A DNA stretch of 64,000 bases from Vicugna vicugna (taxonomy: Eukaryota): contig MU058257.1 in assembly GCA_013265495.1 (NCBI GenBank), forward strand, positions 1 to 64,000, given 5' to 3'. The position numbers and the translations under genes were made by a program. Numbering within the stretch: the stretch's first letter is position 1; each line of letters begins with the position of its first letter. The notes under the pieces were generated by a model that searched no databases, was not told where the DNA came from, and saw nothing but the letters and a program-made list of their open reading frames with translations. Below, one piece after another: positions 23,206 to 36,519 of the stretch.

Positions 23206-23789
23206 CTAAGAAAACAGGGAAAATAATGGTTGGTTACGATATGGTAGCTGCCCTCCTCTGTACTCACTCTGGTTTACCGACATCCCCATTAAAATGTAGC
23301 AGTCTCCCGCAGTACCACTCAGATGTGTCCTGAGAGAAACAGTCAATCCTGAGCACCCAGAGAAACAGACAAGATGGTCACAGCAGCATTAGCCACAAAA
23401 ACAACATCAAAAGTACCGGGAACAACCCAAATGTCCATCCTAGAAGAATATGTGAACAAGCTTTAGTATGCTCACAAATGGAACATATTATCAGTAAAAA
23501 TGAATTACCTAGAGTCACGTGTAACAATTTCAGCCTTTCTCCCCCAGGTTCCAACAGAGAGAGAATTAAGCCCCACTGGCTAGCCTAAAGCATCCGTTAC
23601 ATGTAATGAGCTGGCTCCTCTCCTATGTTCCCTAAAAGGTGCTACATGTGTGCCATCCTTGGGAGAAATGAGAAAATGGTCACTCAAATTATCTTCTGTT
23701 CTCTGGTCCAGATGAGAACAATGGATATACATGAATCTTAGAAATAATGTTAAATGTAAAAAGCAAATGGCAAGAGGCTACATACAGTA

Positions 23790-25400
23790 TTATACCATTT
23801 TTAAAATAATTTTTAAATTTTAGATGATTTCTAAAGGTTACTTCCCGTTTACAGTTATTACAAAAACACTGGCTATATTCCAAGTGTCAGACAATACCTC
23901 CTTGAGCCAGTCTTACACCCAACAGTTCGTACCTCCCACTCCCCCACCCCTGGATTGCTCCCCCTCCACTGGTAACCACTAGTTTGTTCTCTGTTATCTG
24001 TGAGTCTGCTTCTTTGTTATAGTCACTGTTTGTTGTATCTTTCAGATTCCACATATAACCGATATCATACAGTATCTGTCTTTCTCTATCTGACTTATTT
24101 CACTTAGCATAATGCACTCCAGGTCCATCCAAGTTGCTGCAAATGGCAAAATTTTTCATTCTTCTTTAAGGCTGAGTAGTATTCCCTTGTATATATACAC
24201 ATCATTATCCATTCATCTGCTGATACACATTTAGGTTGTTTCCATGTTTTGGCAACTATAAGTAATGTCCTGTGAACACTGGGATGCAGGTATCTTCCCG
24301 TATTAGTGTTTCTGGGGTTTTTTGGATATACACCCAAGAGTAGAAATCTTGGGTCAGACAGTAGCTCTACTTTTAGTTTTTTGAGGAAACTCCATACTGT
24401 TTTCCACAGTGGCTGCACCAATTTACATTTGCACCAACAGTGTACAAGGGTTCCCTTTTCTCCACATCCTCACCAACACTTGTTATTTGTGTTCTTTTGA
24501 CGATGGCCATTCTGACAGGTGTGAGGTGATAGCTCACTGTGGGTTGATCTGCATTTCCCTGATGATGAGTGATGGTGAACATCTTTTCACATGCCTGTTT
24601 GCCATCTGCATGTCCTCTATTCAGTTCTTCTGCCCTTTTCTAACTGGGCTGTCTGTTTTTTGATGTTGAGCTGTATGGGCTCTTTATGTATAATGGGAAT
24701 TAATCATTTATCGGTCATCTCATTTGCAAATATTTTCTCCCATTCAGTAGGCTGTCTTTTCTTTTTGTTGATGGTTTCCTTTGCTTCGCGAAAGCTTGTA
24801 AGTTTAATTAGGTCCCATTTCTTTACTTTTTCTTTTGTTTCCAATTACTCTAACAGACAGATTCAAAAAAATACTGCTTCAATTATGTCAAAGAGTGCTC
24901 TGCCTACGATTCCCCCTATGAGTTCTGTAGCACCCAATCTTACATTTAGGTCTTTAATCCATTTTGAGTTTACTCTCGTATATGGTGTTAGAGAGTGTTC
25001 TCATTCCATTCTTTTCCAGGTAGCTGTCTCGTTTTTCCAGCACCACTCACTGAACAGACTGTCTTTTCTCCCTTGTGTTTTCTTGCCTCCTTTGTTGTAG
25101 AAGGACTGTAAGCGAGTGGGTTTATCTCTGCGCTTGCTCTCCTGTTCCATTGATCTAATGTGTCTGTTTTTGCGCCAGTACCACCCTGTAGCTTTGTAGT
25201 ATAGTCTGAGTCAGAGAGCATGACTCCTCCAGCCCCGTTCTTCTTTCTCAAGACTGTTTTGGCTATTCAGGGTCTTTGAGTTTCCATACAAATATTACTT
25301 GTTCCAGTTCTGTGAAAAATGCCACTGGCATTAGATAGGGATTGCACTGAATCTGCAGATTGCCTGAGTACTGTGGCCTTTTTAACAATACTGACTCTTC
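23790..25400 (-). mobile_element. L1 3' portion (ORF2 C-terminus plus 3' UTR), degenerate
   Basis: Fragments [33 protein letters not shown] and DQWNR are L1 ORF2 motifs; A-rich tail near 23800; flanked by older L1 3' sequence. Confidence 0.9.
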
Positions 25401-28400
25401 TGGTAAGTATTAGAGCATTTTAATACTCAAAACAAGTTAAAAAGTAATACACTGCTTAGAAATGCACATGTTACATGGTGAATTATTTTTGAAATAGCAA
25501 GGGAATGACAAATTGAGGATAACGGTTACTCCTGGGGTAGAGGAGGAAAACACAGATTCCGTATCTTCGGAATGTTTCCATTCTTAAGCTAGGATGAAGG
25601 CCTTTAGATATTTCTTTTATTGTTTTCTTCATAACTTACAAGTTGTATGTATTCTTTTTTATGTACCAAATATTACACAATAAAAACATTTCACTGTAAT
25701 GTAAAAACTAGCACAGCATTCCAGATGTGACCTGGCCGATTCTGCAGAACTCAGTCCCAGTGCTACCGCGCCACCTTTGTTCTATGCCTTTGGCATCTAT
25801 CACGGCCTTCCACTCTTTTTAGACAAATACAACACACACCACACATTCCCATGATGTCACAAATTTCCAGTGCTTACTGCTAGTATCTCTTCTGTGGTCT
25901 GGCCAGACTTATCCAGTCTATAACTTAACAGTGGTATTTTTAACTGATGACAAGAACTGTCACAATTAAAAGACTCATTCAGTCCCTTTCCACTCATCCT
26001 CCAGTCTGTGACTTTTTAAAATCCTTATTGGCATTTTGTTTTCAGTTATTCCTCTTAGCTTTCTCATCCACCAGAGAGCAAACACACCTCCCAGCCATTA
26101 TCCAAATTCACAAATAGGCCAGGGACGAGGGCAGAAACCTGCGACATGCACCAGAACGATTCTGCAAGAGGCATGCAACCAGCGGTGAATCCTATGAACT
26201 CTTTTATCTACAAGCCTACAAATGTGAACGTCCTTGTCTTACTGAAATCTAGACATCCACAGCAACATGGCTAGCATAGAAACGACAACCAAGAAGAGAG
26301 GCATTTAATTTCAATGACACACAAATTATTTTAAGGTTTCTCACCTTGGGTTCACAAAAACTAAAACCACCAAGTTCCTGTGACAGTAACAAGAACAATG
26401 AAATCCCATCACAGGCCAAAGGTTGACTATGCTCAGGCCCACATGAGATGCCGGACATGAAAGTGTGTACAGCACCATGCCTGGTAAGCAACTAGCACAC
26501 CCCCCAAATCCTCTCCTCAAAACGATGCGATGAAACAGCACCTGCTCTTAAAAGAAAGAGCTTCCTGACCCAGTGGGAAAAGCAGAGCACGGGGCCGTGA
26601 TCACACGACGTAACAACAGAAAAGCGCCTCTAGAGAAGTCTCAGAAGGAAGGGTAAACCACCTCAAACTGCGCGCTGGCGTAACAGGTATCGGAACCACC
26701 ACCAAGGACCCAGCACTTCTACCGTAATTACCTGTATATCTAGACAACCCTTAAGCTAAGTGAAGTCAAAAACAAGACGAAACAGTAAGAGAAAAAAAAA
26801 GCATATAAATTCTCTTTGGTCCCAAAGTAGTAAGACAATACAAATATAAATTACTTCTCTGAAGGAAGGTATAACCTAAGAGTTTCAACATCCGAGAAAC
26901 ATGATTTTCAAACATTTTACTTAAAGTTCTTTGTGGATTAAGATTGTCCATATTATGCTATTTAAGAATCGGGAGTGTGGAAGAAAGACTTTCGCAGGCA
27001 AGTGCAAAGACAGACCAGGTAGCTCACTTTGCTCATTTTTTATTTTTTGTTCCCTGTGCCTAATCAGGTATTTGCTTTAGGACAATGACCCTTCTTTCTC
27101 ACAGTCCAGCTTCTCCTGCTGTGAATTCTAATCGTGTGTAAGCAGAACTGGACTTGTAGCCATAAAAATGTATGTGGTATCATAGTTCGGGATTTTAAGT
27201 TTCCTGAAGGAACAGGTGAGAGAGAAGCAAGACCAGCAAAGGGGAACACGCTTATGAAATACAATAGCTTCAATCCACAGCGAAACGTGGCCAGGATGAT
27301 TAGGAGCCAATGAAAGGCAACCGATGTTAAGACGGCTAGGGGCCATCCTCCTTTCGCTGCAGGAGTGGAACCTTAGGTGCCTGTGCCTTACAGAAGACCA
27401 TCTGTGATGCTTATTTATGCTCCTAAGCAGACTCTATGATTTAAAAATAAATATTAAGATATCCTATCTGAAATCTTAGCTGCCAAACAGTGTGAAACTC
27501 AACAGTCCCCATCATAAACAGTTACCATTTGACATCACAGTAAATTTCTGTAGTAAAGACAGAGAGCGCAGGACAGATTTTTACAGGGGCATAATCTCAT
27601 GACAGCACAGGACTATTTTCCAAATGGAAACAAATCTTTTCAATTAAATCCCTCAGGATTTTAGTTTCAAATTGCCTGAAGATGTTTAAACTAGTAAGAC
27701 AATGAGCTGCTTGGCTTACTGCAAATAGCTTCTTGAAATACAGTAGTATTTTTAAATGTAACTTTTTTTTATAAGAGCAATGCATTTATTTAATAAATCC
27801 TTATTCAGTGCCTACTGTGTGCCAAGCACTGTTCTGGGCTCTGGGAACAAGCAGGGAACAAAGAGAAAAAATCCCCTCTGACTGAGATTATATCCTAATA
27901 AAGGAAGACAAACGAGAAACGAAGTAAGTAGGAATACGAAATTCCTTTCCAATCTCTAATTCCAGCCTCCCAAAGGCAACCACTTCAAACCCCTTAAGTG
28001 TTTCTTCTGATATTTACTGCCCTATTTCTAAATACTATACTGATAGTGTTTGATATTTTAATTTTTTATCTACGATGAAAGTTGGAAGATTTAATCCTCT
28101 TGCACCACGTGCACTGGCCCCGCATACACACACACGCCTTTCTCTCCCCATTCTTAGCGAACATGATATTCAGAATACACCCTGCAATGTCTACACAAAT
28201 ACCATCCACAAGCCTTGTTCTTAGGTATCCCCCCCGTCTTGCTGCTTTTCTGTGTAGGTACAATTCATTCTCCAGCAGTGAGACAACTTTCAATACGACC
28301 TAACACGTCAGGTAGTGTGTGTTCTCCCCGAGCCCTCTGTCTGCCTGTTCCTATCCCGATGGACTGAATTCCAGACCTCCCAGAACTGCTGCATCCTCGA

Positions 28401-28519
28401 GTATCCCTCCACCTCCAACCCAGGATTCCTTCTGTCCTGCTCCTGTGCTGGATCTTGTTTCCTGGCTCTTTTTTGCTTCTTTCCCTCATTTTGGTGGAGC
28501 ACATCCTCAAGTAGAGGAA

Positions 28520-28740
28520 GCAGTATACCGTAGTGGAGTTAAGACCACCCAGGTTCAAAACCCAATTCCACTGCATATAAGCTGTGTGACCTTGGGAACT
28601 TACTTCTCTATGCCTCAGTTTCCCCACTCGTAAAACAGAGAAATCACAGCATTATCCTCGTGCTGCATCTGGGAGAGAATATACACGTGCTAAACTGCTG
28701 CAGTGGGCACACGGTGAGCACTACTATGTAAGTGTTAGCC
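28520..28740 (+). mobile_element. MIR SINE
   Basis: Core AGCTGTGTGACCTTGGGAACTTACTT...TGCCTCAGTTTCCCCAC..GTAAAA. Confidence 0.75.
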
Positions 28741-31700
28741 ATGACGATGGCTCCAGAGAACGGGTGTGTGACACAAGCTGGTCACATTTGTGAGACTTCA
28801 CCTGTCTGAAAATACCCTTAGCCTATACTCACACTTGACTGATGGACTTCTAAGTGGGAGATGTTTCCCTTATTCTTCCCGCTTCCAGTGCTGTTAATGA
28901 GAAGCATGAGGGTGTTTTCATTCCTGAGCCTTTGTAAGCGACCGGAGCACTCAAAAACCCTTTCTGTACCTTTGGCCCTCCAGTATTTCATTATACTGAG
29001 CCTCAGTGTGAGCCCATTTCTATTCGTCTGCTGTCTACTCAGTGAGCTCTTCTTCTCACTCCAATGTGTGTCCTTCAGCTCTGGGAAGTCCTCCTGCGTT
29101 AGTTCTTTATTTCCTACCCTCCAGCTTATCTGTTCTTTTTCTTGCAGTTTGAATAGTTGCAGACCTCATAGACTGACTCCTTCATCCTCTTATCTTTCAT
29201 ACTTCAGAGATTTACTCAACTCCTATTCCTCTAACCCTTTAATTTTTAAATTCCTGCTATAATGTTTCATTTCTGAAAGCTCACTGTGATTCTCTGACTT
29301 TTTCTGTAGCTCCTGTTCTTAATTCATGGTTACAACCTTATCTAAGGATATTAATTAAGTTTTCAATTAAAGGATTTTTTTTTCTCGTTTCCTATAATTC
29401 CGTTTCCCTCAACTCCTTTTTTTCTGTGTGTTTTGGTCTCTGTCTTTCAGGTTGGAAACTTTCCCTGAATGTCTGATGACCTTAGGTGAACACACACATA
29501 TACATGAGTAAAACAATTAGGAGCTAAAGGAAACTCACTGAACGGGCAGGGTTTGTCAACAGAACTTCATTTGAGGACAATATGGTAGCAAGCTAGTTTT
29601 TTCATTGGCAGAATACAAAATGTTAGTAACTGTGTAACTTTTGTCTAGGGTCAGTTCTCAGAGACGAATGCTCCACTTCCTGAGTTGGGAGTAAAAGACT
29701 GGCTGCCAGCAACAGAGGAGCCAGTGGAGACCAGGGTCCAGAGATCTCGTTTGTCAACAAAAAGACGCACTGGAGTCTCTAATCTGAGTAGGGCATCTCA
29801 CCCTGCCTGACGGTACAAATCCCTCAGAGAGTTAACCTGTTTTCTGCTAGAAGGGAGAAGAGAAGGAGGGCCTACCTGCTCGGGGTAGAAGGAACCTCTG
29901 GACTATTTACCCTAATTTTCAACCACTCTTTCATCTTCAGCCCCATCCTACGGTCTGCCCTTTCAGAACTGTCTAAAAAGTCCCACGTCCTGAGCCTTTC
30001 CAGATTTTAGATTATACATTAATGGCTCCTTAATGGCTCCTTCCTCCCCATACAATACTTAACTAAATTCATTTTTTTAAACTAATATTGTTTCTAGGAA
30101 AATATTCTGAATTTAAAAGTCTAACTGATGAACTGTACACTTAAAAATGGGTAAGATGGTAGAGCTGAACAAAGATTTTTTTGAAATGGTTAAGATGATA
30201 AAATTAATGTCATATACTTCAATTTTTTAAAAAATCTAATGGCAAGCATTACAGAATATTCTAAAAAAGGCATAAAGATGTCAAATACAGATACAGTTTG
30301 GTGTATTGTAACATGTGATACAGGATACAAATCCTGGACAGTGTTTACATCCAGAGAAATCAATGAGCCACTGAAACAATCACACTAAAAAAAAAAAATA
30401 GCAATTTTAAAAAAATTATTGCAGAAGACAAAAACTTTTTATAACCAAACTACAATCACAACTTTTTTGCTAGATCTGCCTTTTATTTTATAAACTATCA
30501 TTAGCCAATAGGATTGAGGAAGATTGTTTTGTTTTGTTTTTAAGAAATCCTTCTAAAGTATAAAGAAGGTATTTTACTGAATCGGTTATTTCTGTTCCTG
30601 TCACTAGCGTGCCCTACAAGAACACAGTCTTGCAGATGAAAGCACAGATCGGTTTAGTGGTCAGGATGAACACGGGTATAAGTCGAGTGATATTCTCCAC
30701 TGAGCTATTTAAAATTGTCAGTGAACTGCCAAAGTTCTAATAAAGGAATGAATTAACATGAGATACTTAAGCTAAAAATTAATCCTAACTTCAGACTAAA
30801 GGAATACTCATTTGACCTGAAATATGATTTTCAAAAAATGTGTACTTAATGATGAGAAGTTAATTTCTACAATTTCAACTAACATCCAGAGCCATGCATA
30901 AAAAGGCCAATCCTTCAAAAAAGTCTTCACAGGAATTCTTTTCATACAAGTATATGATGAAAATTGAGTTGATCCAAATAACTCATTCTAGACTTTTTGA
31001 TAACTGACCTGGATCTAGCCACTTGGGATGATGGCAGATGAAGGCAATCTCACACTGCTTCTAATGAACAGTCCCAGTGCAAGTATTAAGTGCATTAAAA
31101 TGTTCAGGATCTGCAGGACTTACTGGAAAATTAAAGAAAACTGATGGTTTGGGACTGAGTTATTTTGCTTTTAGAATTTCTGGTAAGAAAAAGAGCTGCC
31201 CTCAGTTTTTACTTGTCTGAATGTTTGTTATATGAAAGAACAGTATTTACAGTTCAAAGGTTCATGGTATCAGAAAGTTAACAGCAAATTACAAGTGATG
31301 GTTCCATCTTGAAAACAGCATTTGCTTACTTAACAAAGTTAGGTAAAAACGCATGCCAAGTCACCATCGTGTGGGAAGACTGTATTTATCTGATCATAGA
31401 GCAGGGTGATCTCACTTTTTTTCCCCAAGCATGGGTTGAGAAACGTAAGAGTTAATACCCCAAGTAAAATGTCTATTTAGCTATCGGTTAAAAAGAAGTG
31501 CAGCAGAGTTTAGACCAGCACTCCCCAAAATATGCTTCTACCCAACACTGGCGTTCTGTGATATTAAAAGGTGATGTTGTGAAAGAGAAATGCTTGCAGC
31601 ATTTTTCTCTAAAAATTTGTTTTAACAAATGCCAGGAAGCTATTAAATAGGTAGACAGTTTATCTAAATAACCTGCCTTTAAGAAATGGTTTATCAGAGC

Positions 31701-33484
31701 CAAGAATTTCAGGACATAGTATAAAACCACATGACCCACAAATTCATGACATTTAATCCAATGCATAGGGAGTGTTTACCACCTAACCATACCACTGTGT
31801 ATCCAACATGCGGATCAAGCTGTGATCACTCACTGCAGTAATGACTCTTTCTGTTATGCCATTTTCTGCAATATATGAGCATATTATAACTTTACAAATG
31901 TTCCATGAACCAATAAATTTGGCAAATGCTAGTGGAGATGAAACATGCCAAAACCTGAAATACGGATAGAAATATCTGACATAAAATGTTGAAAAGGTGT
32001 TTTTGCCAGAGAATTTACAAAATTAAGGTTACTGAACACAATTTACCAGAGAAGAATATTTTAGGACGCTTTGCCTTCTGCAATAGTGAAAGCTTAAGAA
32101 AAATGATTGGGCGTGTTACTCCTTCATCTTCGAATCCCCAAAGAAACCTACGTTGTGGCAGCACACAGATCAGTCAATCTGTACCAACCAGGGAGAGCAT
32201 GAGCAGGAAACAAAGGGCACGCTCAAACGGGCTAATCTGAGGGCAGTGGTCCCAAGGACCTCACAAGGGCATGGGCAAGACTGGGGCCAACGAGACGGTG
32301 CAGCCCTCCAGAGCGGGTAATGCCAGGAAGCCCGTATCTAAGGGGGCAAGGGCGGAGAGCGGTCAGTGACCCAGAGAGGGTAACTGTATGGAGATGGCCG
32401 TGGCCTAGGGTGGAGGGGTGCAGTCGACCCTCAGTGGCTCCACAGGGAGGAAGTCAGGGAGATAAATACCCTAGACTCATCCTTCTCCCAGCTACAAAAC
32501 GTCTTCCAGTCTCTCTCATTCCTGCCCCATTCAGAAGCCAGAGGGCAAGAGAGTCTGTCCATGTTGTTCATAAAAGCCAGGTTTCTGGGACAAGGGACAA
32601 GGTGAGGAAGGCTGGAGTGGATGTGGTGGGCAAATCGCCATTTGAGGACAATTTCAGCTTTTCTTCCTGCTCTTCTTTACTGACAAGTAAAGAACTCCCA
32701 AGAAGTGAAGTTCTTCAGGAGATGTCTTGAAATGACTAAATTGTAAAGACTCTAAAATAATCAAGAACTTCCTTCAATCTGTATAAAAAGAAGCTTTACT
32801 CAAATCTGGGCCAAAGGTTACATCTGCATTTGGCAGACCAACCCAAGTCCTTGAAGTTACTACCACCAAGTTACATCTCACCCTAGATGTGAGGCTAGCT
32901 AATAAGCTACACAACTTTTCTTTGATCTGCATGGTGAGAAAACCCTTCCTGTGGCGTGTTTTAATTTTTGTAAGAAAGAGACCAGTTCAAACAACTTCTC
33001 CAGTTTAAATTCCGTAGAGGTTTACAGAAAACCCCAAGAAATCATGTTCCAGTGAAAGAGCCCCTTGAATTATTTTCTACCATATTTCAGAAAACAGTTA
33101 TTTCTCACCAGTATTTCTAATAATCACTCCATATACCGCAAGATTTCATTTAAATGATGTCCAAGAACCAGCAAAATTAACCCATAATGACACAAGTCAG
33201 AATAGAGGTTATTTTCGACGGGAGGAAGACTTAGGCTGGTAGGAGGAACAAGAGAAACTTCCAGGCTGCTGCTGGAAATTTCCCCTATCCAGACCTTGCT
33301 TTATGTCTTGATAAAATATCATGTATATGAAGAAACACTGAGCTGTACAATTAAGATTAGCACACTTCTGCTAAGGTTTAGTATATCTCAATTTTAAAAG
33401 AAAAATTATCCTATTAAATGAATTTCATAATTACCTCCTCAGCAAACACCTTCATGTAGAAAAGGTTTGGGTTTAGACATTTAC

Positions 33485-33669
33485 CAGGGGTCAGCAAACC
33501 ACAGCCCACAGGCTGCTCACCCTTTTATAAAGGGAGTTTTACTGGAACACAGCCACTGGCTGCTTTCACACACCTGCAGGGTGAACAGTCGTAGCAGCGA
33601 CCTACCCACAAGGCACAAGCCTCAAGTGTTTACTACCTGATCCTTTAAGAAAAAGTTCATCACTCCCTG
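33485..33669. mobile_element. MER58A-like hAT fossil
   Basis: CAGGGGTCAGCAAAC start, GTTTTACTGGAACACAGCCAC internally, AAAAAGTT...CCCTG end. Confidence 0.7.
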
Positions 33670-36363
33670 ACTTAAACTTCAAATAATGTATTCAAACTGT
33701 CCCTTTGTAGGGATAACTCAATCAACCTCACCCAAATACCAAAGTTAAGAGGACAGAGATTCAAAAGACAGCCTCCTAAGCCACTCAGCTAACTGTAATC
33801 ACAAACTTCATAAAAACGCTAACATGGGGGTGGCAACATTCTTTTGCCTTGAGCTGCACTAGGAGTTTAAGGCAGGTCAAGACTGGCCCTTTATTTGGCC
33901 TCACACAATGGCAATTTTTTGGTTTTTGTTGTTGCCAATATTTTAAGAATAGGAACATACACCTTTTTTTAAATTAAGGATTTTGGCATGTCATTAAAAA
34001 ACAAAAGATGATGGAACCACATGAGAACCATATTCCTACAAGGTAACAATAATGAACACTGAAGCTAAGATCTGGCTGACACTCCACACTGCACCTGCCC
34101 TGTCCACTTTTCTTACAGCAGAGCTGATAAAAAAAAAAAAAAAAGGAAATACTGCTCCTTCATGCGCCTACACGAAAAGCAGGAAAAGACAAGACACACA
34201 GAAGGCCAGGTTTTTGACACTCAGCTCACCTGGACTATCCTGGCCTGTGAATTTACACAATGGCCTCTAGGGAAAAGCTGCAGAGCAGAACCAAAGAAAT
34301 CAAAGGACCAGAAAGGGTAGCAGCTAACTGGATGCTTGCAGACACCAAGAGGTAGGGGGTCTCCTCAAATCTTCCAGGGCAGTCCCACTCCTATTCTGAG
34401 GCAGTTCTGCCTGTTAAAAAGCTGCTTCGTACTATTTTTACAATCTCTTATGAGTCTATTGTTTCAAAATAAAAAGATTAAACAAAGGAAAGAATCCTTT
34501 CCTTCTACCGTTTAGAAACTCCTATGCCTTTGTGATCCTTAACTGTACAGGACAAGTTTATCCCCTCCCCCACCAGAAAGTTCTCTCACTGTCTATCGTT
34601 ACTCAGGCCTCCATCAGGCCTGCTTTCTCAAGGACTAGAGAAAGAACAAGACAGTCACCTCCCCCGCCCTTCAGGGCATTCACTCAATCAGCAAATATTT
34701 ACTGAGTCAGGTACCGTTCTAGACTCTGGGGGTGCTACAGTGAACTACGTTCTTGCCTAAAGGAACTTACACTGCATTATCATGTCTAATAACGTGGCAT
34801 AGCTATCATTAGACTTGCCTGTGGCCGTATCAAACCGCCATTACTGCACTTAAAGCCCACTAATTCTTCCTCTTATGCATTGCTCAGACTGTATGCTCAT
34901 TGTTGCTAAATACTATATTTTTAGAATCTGCCCTTTTCTTCAGTCTGTCAAGAACTTTTGGAATGTAAATTTCTTTCCACCTTAAACATACACGTTATCC
35001 CTTCTGTTTCTTGTTTCTTGTTGTCTGTAAATCTTATATTACCTCTCAATATAATCATCCAACTGGTCATTAAAATGTTGAACAGGACGGTACTGAGGTC
35101 ACTAAGAACCCCATGGCATGTCACAGCATCCACCCACTTAGACATGGATCATTTATTCAGCACAATTAAAAAGCAACAATGGAGGGAGGACAGGTCATTG
35201 TATAGCTTCCAAAATAAACCAGAGACCTTTAAAAATAAATACTAGGTATATTTTTAAAACAAGAATCAGTTTATGGGATGATGATAATCATACTATTGTT
35301 TGAAAAAAGAAACAATGTCTTTAAGACCATTTATCTAATTTTATGAACTCCTACACACATAATAGCTTTGGCCATGGTATAGTTGAACACAATTAGCAAA
35401 TTTAATCATGGGAAACTTTTCTATTGTTAAAGTCAAACAACTTTTTTTCCCAACTAAAAGCTTTTTGCCTTCAATACAGTTGATGGTGGTTATTAAAAAG
35501 TGGAAATGTCTTTGAATTTCCGCAAGTATATCTGAACTCCATAAATTCTACAGTTCACTAGGGAGTCAGCTTGAAATCATATTTTTAAATGCTCATATGT
35601 ATGAATAAAGCATAAAGCATGACACACAAATTAACCTTTAGCATCTAAATTGAAATAAAAAGATAATTCATGAATATGGTAATGATTGTTGTCTGGCACA
35701 AAATGTGAAAGCATTTCATGCATTTTAAGTGAATTTTACATTTTAAACAAACTTCCAGCGTATCATCTTGAAGCCTGAGTTAACATCCAGTGAAAGTCAT
35801 TATACTGACACAACCTGGGATTTTTGACAATTTGGCAAAAGCTAGATTATAGTTGACATTTTTTTCCACTAAAAAAGTTTAATCCCACAGCAGTGTGATC
35901 AAGTTTATATGAGGCATGTATAAGTTTAAGAAAGTAAACTATAAATACTTTAAATCTATTTGTGTAGAAGTGTTATTTCCAATTATTAGCCAAATTTTTA
36001 TTATTCATACCTTTTTAGCCTAGATTTTAAACCTACCGTGAAAGTAACAAAATGGGATCTGCTGCAAAATGCTCTAAATTCGTCATTCTTCAGTAAAGTA
36101 CCAAAGAAGCTGCAACAGTTTTATTTCAATACTAAGGTAACTGAAGCACAACACGTTGCCCTGTCTTGCGTTACATATGAAACTTACAAGGCTCTACTTT
36201 ATCCAGGAAAGCTGGCTTCAATACAAGAACTGATTTATAAAGAGTGGACTTGTACCCTATCACGCTATATCCATGTTTATAATCCTCCTCCTCTCAATAT
36301 TTACAGTTTGAGAATTGGGGAATGTTACCTCCAGAGCATTTCCTTTTCCTCCAAACTGCTTAC

Positions 36364-36519
36364 CTGAATATATTTCCGCTGTGTTTCATCATTTAAAACA
36401 TGCGCAACATGCTTGGAAAAAATCTTTTCTCTACCAGTTCTGGCATGGATACCAACCATGGTGACACCAATGGGCCAAGGGGCATTTCCAATGGCCATCT
36501 GAAGATAAGCATCATTAGC
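36364..36519 (-). CDS. PRPF18: PRPF18 exon 9 ([52 protein letters not shown])
   Basis: TAG acceptor and GTAAGC donor; 156 nt; contains the conserved Prp18 loop [16 protein letters not shown]. Confidence 0.97.

Noticed and set aside
24104..25251. ORFs with protein-like motifs (also 43098-44238)
   Set aside because: Broken L1 ORF2 fragments.
31160..31190. Apparent + strand mini-exon (ttttag AATTTCTG gtaag)
   Set aside because: Antisense to PRPF18 and beyond the FRMD4A poly(A) site, with no host transcript evident.
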